The notes: generated from the letters alone by a model not told the origin. A DNA stretch of 64,000 bases from an uncultured Nitrospiraceae bacterium (GCA_963730935.1 CAVSTP010000002.1:704001-768000), one strand, 5' to 3'; counted from the first letter of the stretch, positions 48,961-59,515 are shown. Translations and numbers: made by a program.

Positions 48961-50304
48961 GTGAGCACTGCCAACGCCAAGACCTGGCCGAAATTGACAA
49001 GCGCGGACGAATTTCGATTCCTCGCCGACCTCGTATTGAAACGATCAGAGGCGGACTATACCGTGGTCAATTGTCATGATCATCACGGTGGGACGACTCG
49101 GTTCGCGAACAGCCGCGTCGTCCAAAACGTCGATACCAGACGAGGCACGCTGACGATCGCCGTTGCTTTCGACCGCAGACGCGGCTCGGCCTCCACCACG
49201 GATTTTACGGCCGGTGCAGTCCAGGACGCACTCGCCCGCGCCGAAGGAATCGCCCGAGTGTCTCCGGAAGATCCTGAGTTTCTCCCACCGCCGGAGCCGC
49301 AGGTCTTTCCGACGCTCTTGACGAGCCGGCCGGAGACGGCGGCGGCAGGACCGTCTCGGCGGCTCGAATACGCCAATGAAGCCATCGGACAATGTCGCAT
49401 TGAAAATCTTCAGGCCGCCGGTATCGTCTCGTCGTCCGTCGCCTCGGTGGGCATCGCGGCGAGCAACGGCTTGTTTGCGCAGGAGGAACGCACAGAAGCG
49501 CGTTTCAGTCTCACCGTGCAGGCCGAGGATGCCACCGGGTGGAGTGCAGCTACTCATCGTTCCATTGATCACCTGAAAATCCAAGACCGGACCTTGTCAG
49601 CGATCAACAAGGCGAAGCGCAGCCGCGACGTTCAGGAGCTGGCGCCGGGGCGCTACCGGGTCATCTTGGAGCCTGCGGCGGTGGCGGGTCTCTGGAGTTG
49701 GATGCTCTGGACGCTGGATGCAAAATCCTATGACAAGGGAACGAGCCCTTTCGCAGGACAGCTCGGACGCCAGATTCTGGACGAACGGCTGACCCTTCAA
49801 AATCTTCCCGAACATCCCGACCTCCTCGGCACCGGCTTCACGCACGAGGGTTTGCCGAGTGAAGGCTCGCTCTGGATCGAAAAGGGCGTGTTGCGACAGC
49901 TGGCCTATGACCGGTTCACCGCAAAGCAACACAGGATCAAACGCATCGCGACTCTTGAGGCGCCCTGTTTATCCGCATCCGGACCCGCCGCATTTAAAAC
50001 TCAGGAACTCATCAAGCGGTGCGAACGCGCCATCCTCGTTACCAACTTTTGGTACATCCGCACGGTGAATCCGACCGATTTGACGCTGACCGGCATGACA
50101 CGAGACGGCACCTTTCTCGTTGAAGACGGCCAAATCACCACGGCCGTGCGGAATTTCCGTTTTCACGAAAGTCCATTGCGGGTGTTCAAACAGGTGGACG
50201 CCTTTACGGAGCCAGTGGAAGCCGTGACCTCCGAGACGGGCAAGATGCTGGTCCCCGCAATGCTCCTTCCCGATTTTCATTTTTCTAGCGTCACAAAATT
50301 TTGA
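48961..50304 (+). CDS. TldE/PmbA family protein
   Basis: TRFANS, PGRYRVILEPAAV, TGMTRDG, NFRFHESP; no HExxxH; follows tldD. Confidence 0.88.
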   Translation: MSTANAKTWPKLTSADEFRFLADLVLKRSEADYTVVNCHDHHGGTTRFANSRVVQNVDTRRGTLTIAVAFDRRRGSASTTDFTAGAVQDALARAEGIARVSPEDPEFLPPPEPQVFPTLLTSRPETAAAGPSRRLEYANEAIGQCRIENLQAAGIVSSSVASVGIAASNGLFAQEERTEARFSLTVQAEDATGWSAATHRSIDHLKIQDRTLSAINKAKRSRDVQELAPGRYRVILEPAAVAGLWSWMLWTLDAKSYDKGTSPFAGQLGRQILDERLTLQNLPEHPDLLGTGFTHEGLPSEGSLWIEKGVLRQLAYDRFTAKQHRIKRIATLEAPCLSASGPAAFKTQELIKRCERAILVTNFWYIRTVNPTDLTLTGMTRDGTFLVEDGQITTAVRNFRFHESPLRVFKQVDAFTEPVEAVTSETGKMLVPAMLLPDFHFSSVTKF

Positions 50305-51959
50305 GGAAACGGGTGAGTGCCGATCGAGGATGGTCCACAAGACCTGTCGTGCGTGTGGTCGGCGCCCTGCTGTACCTGTGGTGGGCCGCACCCCTCATCG
50401 CTCACGGAGAGCCGCAACTGTATGACAACCTTGGCACGCTTCATCATCCGATCAGCACCGCGTCGGATCCGGCGCAACGGTATTTTGACCAGGGGTTGCG
50501 GCTGGTCTATGCCTTCAATCATGAAGAAGCGATTCGCTCGTTCGAGGAAGCGGCCAAACAGGATCCAAGCGCGCCCATGCCCTACTGGGGAATCGCATTG
50601 GCGTTCGGACCGAACATCAATGCGCCCATGTCGAAGGACGACGGACGCCGGGCGGTCGAGGCCATCAAGCAGGCGCGGGCCCGTCTGTCCACCGCAACTG
50701 CGGCCGAGCGCGCCTACATCGAGGCCTTAGCGAAGCGCTACCTTGGTTCTCCTCGCGCGTCGCGCGCCGCCTTGGACAAAGCCTACGCGGACGCGATGCG
50801 GTCGATGTGGAAGACCTTTCCCGAGGACGTGGACGCCGGCGTGCTATTCGCCGAGGCCATGATGGATCTTCGGCCTTGGGACTTCTGGACCGCGGAGGGG
50901 ACACCGAAGCCCGGGACCCAAGAAATCGTCTCGACGCTCGAGGCGGTCATCGAGAGGCAGCCAGATCATCCCGGCGCCTGTCATTACTATATTCATGCCG
51001 TCGAAGCTTCGCGTGAACCGCAGCGCGCGCTGGCTTGTGCCGACCGCTTACCGGGGCTCATGCCCGGCGCAGGCCACTTGGTCCATATGCCGGCGCATAT
51101 CTACGCTCGCGTCGGGATGTATCACCAGTCATCTGAACGCAATGCCGAAGCGGCCCATGCCGATGAACGGTATCTGGCCGGTGCGCATTTGACCGGCGAA
51201 TATGCCGACGGGTATTACAGCCACAATCTCCATTTTTTGTGGTCTTCGCTCATGATGGAAGGACGTAGCGCAGAAGCCTTGAAGGCGGCGACCTCGCTCG
51301 TGTCCACCATTACGGACGAAGAAATCAAAGCGAACCGCAGCAAAGAAGCCTATCTCACGACGAAACTGTTCACTCGAATCCGTTTCGGCCATTGGGAAGA
51401 CCTGTTGCGGGAACCTCCGCCTACGAAGGGTCTGCGTCTTCTCGAGGGCGCCTGGCGACTGGGCCGTGGAATGGCCTTGGTTGCAACCGGACGCGTACCG
51501 GGCGCGGAGGGTGAGCGGCAGGCGCTGCTGACGCTCACAAAACAGTTCAGACGAAGCAGGAATCAGCAGGACAAGCTCGAGCGCGACCTTTTGAAAATCG
51601 CCGAGCGCCTGCTGGCCGGTCAAATCGCGGCTCAGCGCCGCCGCCACGATGAGGCCATCAAGACGTTGCGAGAGGCGACGAAGATCGAGGACTCATTGCA
51701 GGGCGCTGAACCGCCGCATTGGGCGCTTCCCGTTCGCCATTACCTCGGCCCAGTCTTGCTGCTCGCCGGTCGTGCGCCGGAGGCCGAAGCCGAGTACCGG
51801 GCCGACCTGAAATGGAATCCGGAAAATGGGTGGGGATTGTTTGGCTTGCTTCAAAGCCTGAAGGTTCAGCGAAAGGATGCCGACGCCGCCGAGGTCTCTG
51901 ACCGGTTCGAAAAAGCCTGGGCCCATGCCGACGTCACGCTTGCTGCCTCTCGATTCTAA
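50301..51959 (+). CDS. Exported TPR-containing conserved protein
   Basis: AQRYFDQGL..YAFNHEEA, HPGACHYYIHAVE, GHLVHMPAHIY, PENGWGLFGL; start uncertain. Confidence 0.8.
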   Translation: MRKRVSADRGWSTRPVVRVVGALLYLWWAAPLIAHGEPQLYDNLGTLHHPISTASDPAQRYFDQGLRLVYAFNHEEAIRSFEEAAKQDPSAPMPYWGIALAFGPNINAPMSKDDGRRAVEAIKQARARLSTATAAERAYIEALAKRYLGSPRASRAALDKAYADAMRSMWKTFPEDVDAGVLFAEAMMDLRPWDFWTAEGTPKPGTQEIVSTLEAVIERQPDHPGACHYYIHAVEASREPQRALACADRLPGLMPGAGHLVHMPAHIYARVGMYHQSSERNAEAAHADERYLAGAHLTGEYADGYYSHNLHFLWSSLMMEGRSAEALKAATSLVSTITDEEIKANRSKEAYLTTKLFTRIRFGHWEDLLREPPPTKGLRLLEGAWRLGRGMALVATGRVPGAEGERQALLTLTKQFRRSRNQQDKLERDLLKIAERLLAGQIAAQRRRHDEAIKTLREATKIEDSLQGAEPPHWALPVRHYLGPVLLLAGRAPEAEAEYRADLKWNPENGWGLFGLLQSLKVQRKDADAAEVSDRFEKAWAHADVTLAASRF

Positions 51960-52064
51960 AGCTTTGCCCTCCTCATCACCTCCCTCCATACGCTCGTACG
52001 GGCGCTTTTTTGACAAACGCCGCGTAAAACCGGCTACAATCTTCCCACTTTCGGGGGCAATAGG

Positions 52065-52634
52065 ATGCGTTACGTCGTTGGAGTCATGGGGCCCGCCAAG
52101 GCCAGAAGAAAAGATGTGGAAAATGCGCGTGTGCTCGGAGAACTCATTGCCAGGCGTGAGTGGGTGTTGCTCACGGGCGGCCGCGATGTGGGCGTCATGC
52201 ATGCGGCGAGTCAGGGAGCCAAGAAGGTCCCTCGCAGTTTGACGGTTGGAGTGTTGCCGACGACCAGAGACAGGATTTCCAAATATGTGGATGTGGCGGT
52301 CATCACGGAAATGGGCAACGCGAGAAACAACGTCTGCGTCCTTTCGAGTCAGGTGATCGTCGCCTGCGGCTTAGGGGGGGCAGGCACCGTGTCGGAAGTG
52401 GCGTTGGCGCTCAAGGCTGGAAAAGAAGTGGTGCTGCTCGGCGCGACGCCCGCCGAAGAGAAATTTTTCAAAAACCTGGGCGGCCGGCTCGTGTCCAGTG
52501 TGCAGACACCGGAAGATGCGATCAATGCCATCTTGAAACGTTTTGAGCGCGGCAACGGCTCGGACATGCAGGCGCCCCAACCGTGGGAGGGCAGTGGACC
52601 ATTGCAGCCATCCACCGGCAGGGAACGACCGTAG
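52065..52634 (+). CDS. TIGR00725/LOG-like Rossmann-fold protein
   Basis: LTGG..GVMHAASQGA, MGNARN, GAGTVSEVALALK. Confidence 0.85.
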   Translation: MRYVVGVMGPAKARRKDVENARVLGELIARREWVLLTGGRDVGVMHAASQGAKKVPRSLTVGVLPTTRDRISKYVDVAVITEMGNARNNVCVLSSQVIVACGLGGAGTVSEVALALKAGKEVVLLGATPAEEKFFKNLGGRLVSSVQTPEDAINAILKRFERGNGSDMQAPQPWEGSGPLQPSTGRERP

Positions 52635-52677
52635 AGATGTGGAGGTGCTCGACGGAGTATCGCCGAAGGAGGAAATC

Positions 52678-53301
52678 ATGACGGCCCTGCGATGGGCGAG
52701 GACGCTCATACTGTCAGGCATTGCGATAGCAACCGCACACTTCGCCTTGGCGCAATCGACCACATCCGGAACATCCTCGATGGCCAAGGCCTATTTTGCC
52801 GGTGGATGCTTTTGGTGCATGGAGGAAGCCTTTGAGAAGGTGGATGGTGTGCTTGAGGTCGTGTCGGGATACATGGGAGGCACCGTCAAAAATCCCAGTT
52901 ACGAACAAGTCTCGGCAGGACAGACGGGACATGCGGAATCGGTCGAGGTGCGCTACGACCCGGCGAAAGTGACGTATACGCAGTTGCTGGAAGCCTTCTG
53001 GCGCAACGTCGACCCTGTGACCCCCGACGCGCAGTTCTGCGATCACGGGAATCAGTACCGGGCGGCGATTTTCTATCAGACCGAAGAAGAGAAGCGGGCT
53101 GCGGAGGAGTCGAAGCGGGCGATCGAACAATCCAAGCGGTTTTCAACGCCGATCGTCACCCAACTGACAGCCGCATCGGAATTTTATCCGGCCGAGGAGT
53201 ATCATCAGGATTTCTACAAGAAAAATCCCATTCGTTACAAATACTACAAATTCACCTGTGGCCGCGCACAGCGTCTCGAAACCTTGTGGGGCAAGTCATA
53301 A
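52678..53301 (+). CDS. msrA: Peptide-methionine (S)-S-oxide reductase with signal peptide
   Basis: FAGGCFWC, SGYMGG, TGHAE, FYPAEEYHQDFY; AGGAGG RBS before ATG 52678. Confidence 0.95.
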   Translation: MTALRWARTLILSGIAIATAHFALAQSTTSGTSSMAKAYFAGGCFWCMEEAFEKVDGVLEVVSGYMGGTVKNPSYEQVSAGQTGHAESVEVRYDPAKVTYTQLLEAFWRNVDPVTPDAQFCDHGNQYRAAIFYQTEEEKRAAEESKRAIEQSKRFSTPIVTQLTAASEFYPAEEYHQDFYKKNPIRYKYYKFTCGRAQRLETLWGKS

Positions 53302-53456
53302 GCGGTGAGGATCCCTCAGCCGACTGCCTCAAAAAGGAGACGCTCGCTGCACAGTCCTGTGCAGTTAGTCGCACATGTCGAGATAGACATTCTCCACATG
53401 TTTCGCGGTCTTGCATGAAACCGATCTCGGCATGGATGTTGACCGCTTCATGAGGG

Positions 53457-54062
53457 ATGGACTGGTGGGACAACCCTATCTTTCGAAGGGCGGCTCGCAG
53501 CAGCTGCATTGGCCTCATGGCCGTGCTGATGGTCGTCCTGGCTCCGGTCGCCACGATTTCCGATTCCGAAAATCGTCTGCACTACTCGAAGCAAGACATT
53601 CGACGGGCAATCACCTTTTACGCGAAACGCTACCGTCTTGATCCTGCGTTGTTGCGCGCCGTGATCAAGGCCGAGTCGGATTTTCGTCAACACGTCGTCT
53701 CGAAGAAGGGAGCTATCGGGCTCATGCAGCTGACTCCCGACACGGCAGCGACCTTGCGGGTGGCCAATGTGTATGATTCCGTGGAAAACATCCACGGCGG
53801 CGCCAGGCAGCTCCGCCACCTGCTGAACCTCTATCAAGGGGATCTCCCACTCGCGCTGGCTGCGTACAACGCTGGTGTGCATCGCGTGAAAGGAGGCCAG
53901 GTGCCACAAATCAGAGAGACGCGGCTGTATGTGAGGAAGGTGCTCCGCTACTACCGTCAGCTGCACGCTCGGCCACGAGCACTCCGAGAACCCCCCGGCA
54001 AGTTTCTCTCTGGTCGGATTCGTTCGGCATCCCGAACGGTGGCGCGAGGGTCAGGCCATTAG
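53457..54062 (+). CDS. Lytic transglycosylase (SLT domain)
   Basis: AVIKAESDF, GAIGLMQL, ALAAYNAG, ETRLYV. Confidence 0.92.
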   Translation: MDWWDNPIFRRAARSSCIGLMAVLMVVLAPVATISDSENRLHYSKQDIRRAITFYAKRYRLDPALLRAVIKAESDFRQHVVSKKGAIGLMQLTPDTAATLRVANVYDSVENIHGGARQLRHLLNLYQGDLPLALAAYNAGVHRVKGGQVPQIRETRLYVRKVLRYYRQLHARPRALREPPGKFLSGRIRSASRTVARGSGH

Positions 54063-54421
54063 GGGTTGACCTTCATCAAGATAGACCGGAGCCGTTCGCG
54101 CTGTGCGGGCCTGATCCCGGTGAATTCCATTCCAAAGCTTTGGCCATCCACCCATCGGACCACCGCATGATCAATCCGTAACGGCCACTGTTGATCCTGG
54201 AGAAACAACGACAATTTCAGCGATTGGCCGACTTTCACTTCCGTGAGGGACGTCGCCTTGCAGCCGTTCGTGGAAATGTCCAAGACCGTGGCTTCGCCCT
54301 CGAATTCCCCCTCGCCGAAAAAGAACAGACGACGATTCATCGTGAGCCGTCGGCCACGCCGCTCGAAGAGTGGGTCTTCCTCGGGGCTCTGGGGCCTCTG
54401 ATCCTGCGTCGTCTTACTCAT
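54059..54421 (-). CDS. PilZ domain protein
   Basis: RRGRR (RxxxR), DISTNG, VRW...FGMEF. Confidence 0.85.
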   Translation of the reverse strand: MSKTTQDQRPQSPEEDPLFERRGRRLTMNRRLFFFGEGEFEGEATVLDISTNGCKATSLTEVKVGQSLKLSLFLQDQQWPLRIDHAVVRWVDGQSFGMEFTGIRPAQRERLRSILMKVNP

Positions 54422-54657
54422 TCGATCAACCCTCAGCATTCCTTTTCACTGGTAAATACACCAGGAGTTACATTTAGTATAGAAGATTGATTTTTAAATG
54501 CATTCCCCATGAGCATTACCTCGAATGGGCTAACAGTGACTCTAGCACGCGAAGAGATCACTTCCCAGAAAATACGTAAGGTAAGCGGGAAGCGGCAATA
54601 AGGGCGGGCCGAACCGCTTGACGGACTTGGGATTGCTCTGCGACAAGGGTATTCAAC

Positions 54658-55830
54658 GTGAGTGCATTGATGGATGCTAAGCGGACCAATCAACGAATGG
54701 CCGAGTTAGGCCACTCCGAAATCCGGGCGATGACCCAGGCATGCGTGGCGGCGGGAGGCCTCAACATGGCGCAGGGCGTTTGCGATACGCCTGTCCCGCC
54801 TGTCGTGCTCGCAGCCGCAGCGGAGGCGATGGCCCGCGGGAAGAATACGTATTCTCGTTTTGACGGGTTACCCGAACTCCGGGCGGCGCTGGCGCTCAAA
54901 CTGGCACGGGACAACGACATTCACGCCGATCCCGAGACCGATATTACGGTCAGCGCCGGCGCCACCGGTTCGTTTCACGCCGCTTGTCTGGCCCTGCTGA
55001 ATCCGGGCGACGAGGTCATCCTGTTTGAACCCTTCTATCAATATCATGTGAGCGCGTTGCGGGCCGTCGAAGCGGTTCCAGTCATCGCAACACTTGCGGC
55101 TCCCGACTGGACGCTGGCTCCGGACGCCGTCGACCGCGCCGTCACTCCTCGGACCAAGGCCATCATTGTCAACTCACCGGGGAATCCGTCGGGAAAGGTC
55201 TTCACGAGGGAAGAACTGGAAGGCATCGCTCAGATCGCGCTGCAGCATGACCTCTTGGTCTTTACGGACGAGATCTACGAGTATTTTCTCTACGATGGTC
55301 GCCGCCACGTGAGCATGGCGTCCTTGCCCGGGATGGCGGAGCGGACCATTACTATCGGCGGCTATTCCAAAACCTTTAGCATCACCGGCTGGCGCATTGG
55401 CTACAGCGTGGCAGCGCCGCGGTGGGCGCAAGCCATCGGCGCAATGAACGACCTGCTCTACGTCTGCGCACCCACGCCCCTGCAGGCAGGCGTGGCGGCG
55501 GGCATTGAAGAACTGCCGGACGCGTTCTATCGCCAACTGGCGAAGGAGTACCAGCACAAACGCGATCGCTTCTGCGCAGCCTTGGCCCAAGCAGGACTGC
55601 CGCCCGCGGTCCCACAAGGCGCCTATTATGTGCTGGCCGATGCGACAAGGCTGCCCGGCAAGAACGGCAAGGACCGCGCCATGCATGTCCTCAAGACCGC
55701 CGGCGTAGCCGGAGTCCCCGGTGAAGCATTTTTTTCCGGACGCGACGGATCGCGCTACATCCGCTTCAGTTATGCGAAGACCGATGCAGATATCCACGAA
55801 GCCTGTCGGCGCATCGCGCGCCTTTCTTGA
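54658..55830 (+). CDS. PLP-dependent aminotransferase class I/II
   Basis: NSPGNPSGKV, DEIYE, SKTFSITGWRIGY. Confidence 0.93.
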   Translation: MSALMDAKRTNQRMAELGHSEIRAMTQACVAAGGLNMAQGVCDTPVPPVVLAAAAEAMARGKNTYSRFDGLPELRAALALKLARDNDIHADPETDITVSAGATGSFHAACLALLNPGDEVILFEPFYQYHVSALRAVEAVPVIATLAAPDWTLAPDAVDRAVTPRTKAIIVNSPGNPSGKVFTREELEGIAQIALQHDLLVFTDEIYEYFLYDGRRHVSMASLPGMAERTITIGGYSKTFSITGWRIGYSVAAPRWAQAIGAMNDLLYVCAPTPLQAGVAAGIEELPDAFYRQLAKEYQHKRDRFCAALAQAGLPPAVPQGAYYVLADATRLPGKNGKDRAMHVLKTAGVAGVPGEAFFSGRDGSRYIRFSYAKTDADIHEACRRIARLS

Positions 55831-55871
55831 GCAAGGGCTTTGAGAGCTTGTCCGGATCATCCTCCCGTGAT

Positions 55872-56342
55872 ATGAACAGACCTATGCGCCACGCGAAGTG
55901 GAATCTCGCCTTGTCGGCCTTCCTATTCTTGTCGGCCACGGCATGCACCACCCCCTCAGGCCACGAGGGAGTCGTGCCGCCGCTCATCATGCCTTCGGGA
56001 GCGCAGGAGGATCGCCGCGTGTTGGCGGGCGAGTGGGATTATGAAGAGGACGCGGTCGTGACCGTGACCCTCGACGAGCAGGGAAACGGCACGTATCCTT
56101 GGAAGGGCGGCCGGTTCGAAACGCATTCGCTGTCGGACCATACTTGGCACGGGAAGTGGATACAGGAAGACAACGACCGCGAGGGAGGCTTTACCGTGCA
56201 GTTGTCTCCGGATTTCTCGAGGGGCGAAGGCCGCTGGTGGTACACAAGAATTGAGAACGATCTGGAACCGACACAAAAGGGCGGGACGTTCCAGATGACG
56301 AAAAAATCTTCCGCGGTGAATGGTACTCCTCCCACTCCCTGA
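55872..56342 (+). CDS. Hypothetical lipoprotein
   Basis: Hydrophobic stretch plus ATAC lipobox; beta-rich mature part; start uncertain. Confidence 0.65.
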   Translation: MNRPMRHAKWNLALSAFLFLSATACTTPSGHEGVVPPLIMPSGAQEDRRVLAGEWDYEEDAVVTVTLDEQGNGTYPWKGGRFETHSLSDHTWHGKWIQEDNDREGGFTVQLSPDFSRGEGRWWYTRIENDLEPTQKGGTFQMTKKSSAVNGTPPTP

Positions 56343-56344
56343 CC

Positions 56345-56659
56345 ATGCAAGAACGCAAGCACGTCCGGTTTGCGGTGCAACGGCCCGTGTCCTTTCGTGG
56401 AGATCTCGTGGCCGGCACCGGCACTATCCTCAATATTTCCCGGCAAGGGTGTGCCATTGTCTCCGACACCGTCGCGGAAACCCAGGCATATCTCCAACTG
56501 CAAGTGCAGCTGCTTGAGGAAGAGGAACCGGTGAAGGTGGATCTGGCCGCGGTGCGCTGGTCGAGCGCCAGGAGGTTCGGCGTGGAATTCATCAAGATGC
56601 AGCAGGATGTAGGGGAACGGCTCAGGCAGTTCGTCAAGCTGCTGGAAGCGGAAGGGTAA
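56345..56659 (+). CDS. PilZ domain protein
   Basis: RKHVR (RxxxR), NISRQG, VRW...FGVEF. Confidence 0.88.
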   Translation: MQERKHVRFAVQRPVSFRGDLVAGTGTILNISRQGCAIVSDTVAETQAYLQLQVQLLEEEEPVKVDLAAVRWSSARRFGVEFIKMQQDVGERLRQFVKLLEAEG

Positions 56660-56675
56660 GCAACGGCCGCGGCCG

Positions 56676-58430
56676 CTACTTCATCGCGACAGCTCTCACC
56701 TGTTCGAAGGTCGTGAGTCCGCCGAGGGCTTTGAGAATCCCGTCCTGCATCAGCGTAATCATGCCCTCCTTTTTTGCCAGGCTGGTCATGTCCGCGGTTT
56801 TCGCCCGGTTCTGAATCATGGTCTTCATTTCATCGGTTCCCTGCAAGAGTTCGTGCAGCGCGACCCGTCCCTTGAACCCCGTCTGACGGCAGTGGTCGCA
56901 GCCGCGGCCTCGATAGAGCCGAAATTTGTCATCATAGGCAGGCAGTTTCATGGTTTCCCACGAGGCCGGCCCGTACTCGCGCAGGATCTTGTCATAGTCC
57001 TGCATGGACGGATGATACGGCTCTTTGCAATGGGTGCAAAGCCGCTTGCAGAGACGCTTTGCCAGGATGCCTTGCATGGCGTCGGCAAAGTTGAAGGGAT
57101 CGCATCCCAGATCGAGGAGGCGGATCACCGTTTCGACCGCGCTGTTGGTGTGCAGCGTACTCAACACGAGATGTCCCGTCAGCGACGCCTCGACGGCGAC
57201 GTCCGCAGTTTCCCTGTCGCGCATCTCACCGATCATGATGACATCCGGATCCGCGCGGAGAAACGACCGCATGGCCGCTGCGAAAGTAAAGCCGATCTTT
57301 GGCAGCACCTGGACCTGTCTGAGGCCTTCCTGCGTGATTTCGATCGGATCCTCGGCGGTCCAGATTTTTCGGGCATCCGTATTTAAACGATGCAGCACCG
57401 CATGGAGGGTCGTCGTTTTTCCTGATCCCGTTGGGCCGACGCACAAAATGATGCCATGCGGCTTTTCGATAATTTCCAGGAGGGCGGTAAGGGTCGACGG
57501 CGCAAATTCCATCGATTCCAGCGGCATGGGTTCTTTCGCGGTGAGGAGTCGCATCACGATATCTTCGTTGTTGCCGGCGGTCGGTAGCGTTGCGACCCTG
57601 ACTTCGATCTCCTTGTCGCGGTTCAGCTTGAACCGAAGTTTGCCGTCTTGCGGTTTCCGGCGTTCGGCGATGTCCAGGCTTGACATGATCTTGATGCGTG
57701 ACACCAGCGCGCGGCGATAGGTAGCCGGAATCCGCATGTAGGTTGAACAGGTCCCGTCGACGCGGAACCGGATCGCCGTTTCCTTGCGGTCGGAGTACGG
57801 TTCGATGTGGATGTCAGACGCCTCGTGCCGGTAGGCCTCGGCAATAATTTGGTTGGCCAGTCGGACAATGGCGGAGTCGTTCTCGTCAATTTCGTCGATG
57901 TCGGCGTCCGAGGATTCCTCGATTCTGGCGTCATGAACGAGCTCGCCAAGGGTATCCTCAATCGATCCGGTCTCGGTCATTCCGAGCGTCGATTGCAGGA
58001 AGCGCTTGATATCGCACTTCAGGCTTACCGCGTACCGGATCGTCATACCGGGAAATGCCCGCTGAATGTCATGTCCCCTGACGATGTCATGCGGGTCGTC
58101 GATGAGCACGTCCAGGACGCTCCCGTATGTTTTCAACGGCAGCCAGGAATGTTTCCACAGGTAGTCGTGGCTCAGATCTTTTGTGAGTTGGGGATCGACG
58201 ATCGTTTTTTCATCAAAGGGAATGTAGGGGCAGTCGAAAAACTTACTCAGCGCTCTGCCGAGCGCCGCTTTGGGCACCCGATACTTTTCGAGCAACACCT
58301 GTTCCAGATCGACGCCCTGCTGGAGGGAATCCTGCACCGCTTTGATCAGATCGCCCTGGCGGATAAAGCTTTCATCGATCAGAAGATCGAAGGCGCGCGG
58401 GTCGGTCGTTCTGCTTACTGTCTTCTGCAT
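56676..58430 (-). CDS. GspE/PilB family secretion/pilus ATPase
   Basis: ASDIHIEP, LDIAERRKPQDG, GPTGSGKTTT, LRADPDVIMIGEMRD, TGHLVLSTLHTN, CxxC pairs; alternative TTG start at 58445. Confidence 0.93.
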   Translation of the reverse strand: MQKTVSRTTDPRAFDLLIDESFIRQGDLIKAVQDSLQQGVDLEQVLLEKYRVPKAALGRALSKFFDCPYIPFDEKTIVDPQLTKDLSHDYLWKHSWLPLKTYGSVLDVLIDDPHDIVRGHDIQRAFPGMTIRYAVSLKCDIKRFLQSTLGMTETGSIEDTLGELVHDARIEESSDADIDEIDENDSAIVRLANQIIAEAYRHEASDIHIEPYSDRKETAIRFRVDGTCSTYMRIPATYRRALVSRIKIMSSLDIAERRKPQDGKLRFKLNRDKEIEVRVATLPTAGNNEDIVMRLLTAKEPMPLESMEFAPSTLTALLEIIEKPHGIILCVGPTGSGKTTTLHAVLHRLNTDARKIWTAEDPIEITQEGLRQVQVLPKIGFTFAAAMRSFLRADPDVIMIGEMRDRETADVAVEASLTGHLVLSTLHTNSAVETVIRLLDLGCDPFNFADAMQGILAKRLCKRLCTHCKEPYHPSMQDYDKILREYGPASWETMKLPAYDDKFRLYRGRGCDHCRQTGFKGRVALHELLQGTDEMKTMIQNRAKTADMTSLAKKEGMITLMQDGILKALGGLTTFEQVRAVAMK

Positions 58431-58621
58431 CGGCCAATGGTTCAAGGAATGAAGAACGAATATGATGGACGGCCGTGGAGGCCCCGGGCGCCCTAAAACA
58501 GCTCTTCAGGACGCGCCCAACGCCGTTCCTCACGCCGCCTTTGAATAGAACCGAGTATACGGGTCCAGCGTCGATCCTCAATGAATAAGTGAAAAGGAAC
58601 AGCGCTGTTGGGAGGAAGTCG

Positions 58622-59515
58622 CTAGGAAAGCGTGGAACCACGGGTCGGAGGATTGACGAGCTCGAAAAGAGCCGAATAATCCAGGTCGCCCAAGCCTTGT
58701 TTGATGGCGCGCTCGAGAAGCAACGGCAACCCTTCCAGCGCGTCCGTCGTCAACCCGCGTGACGCGGCCTCTTGGCAAAACAGCCTCACATCCTTGAGGA
58801 GATGGCGGGTCGAAAAGTTCGGGTGCTGGTAATCACGCTTCAGGAGACGCGGCAGCTTCTTATCGAACGCCGGCGCATAGAGAGCGCTCTCACGGAGAAT
58901 GGCCATGAACGTTTCCACGGCGACCCCCGAACGTTGGACCAATCCGAGGCTCAAGGCAAACGCCGACGTCTCGGCCGCGATGAGGTGGTTCAGCGCCAGC
59001 TTGAGGGCTGCCGCGCTGCCCACCGGACCAATGTGCCGAGGCTCGCGTCCCAGCGAGCGAAAGAGTGAGGACCATGTCGCGAACTGCGCATCCGTGCCGC
59101 CCACCATGACAAACAGCATTCCCGCCTTCGCTTCGGCCAAACTCCCGAGGACCGGCGCTTCGCAGTAGGCGCCTCCCTGTTGTTCAACCTCGCGCTGTAT
59201 CTCCAAACTTTCGTTCGGGGCGATGGTGCCCATTTGCACGATCGTTTTGCCCTTGAGCGCGGCCGAGCAGGCAGGAGTGAACAGCATGGAGCGGATCGCA
59301 GTAGTATCCGTCAACAGCAGGAGTGCGCAGTCGGCCTGACGCACGGCGAGCTCGGCAGCGCCCACGACTGCGATCCCTTGGGTCTGAAGCGGCAGTGCCT
59401 TGGTAGAGGTGCGGTTGAAGGCAACCACCGTATGTCCGACCGCATGCAAACGCTCAGCGATGGCGCTGCCCAGGAGACCTGTTCCCAATAGAGCGATCGT
59501 CGATCGAGACGTCAT
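58622..59515 (-). CDS. NAD(P)-dependent beta-hydroxyacid dehydrogenase family
   Basis: GTGLLGSAIA, EAPVLGS, MVGG, ALKLALN, LLKDV. Confidence 0.88.
   Translation of the reverse strand: MTSRSTIALLGTGLLGSAIAERLHAVGHTVVAFNRTSTKALPLQTQGIAVVGAAELAVRQADCALLLLTDTTAIRSMLFTPACSAALKGKTIVQMGTIAPNESLEIQREVEQQGGAYCEAPVLGSLAEAKAGMLFVMVGGTDAQFATWSSLFRSLGREPRHIGPVGSAAALKLALNHLIAAETSAFALSLGLVQRSGVAVETFMAILRESALYAPAFDKKLPRLLKRDYQHPNFSTRHLLKDVRLFCQEAASRGLTTDALEGLPLLLERAIKQGLGDLDYSALFELVNPPTRGSTLS

Noticed and set aside
47510..50304. tldD/tldE as part of a RiPP biosynthetic cluster
   Set aside because: No precursor peptide, YcaO or other modification enzyme nearby; likely a housekeeping pair
54433..54657. AT-rich stretch as a foreign insertion or ncRNA
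   Set aside because: Short divergent promoter region; no convincing structure or mobile-element signature
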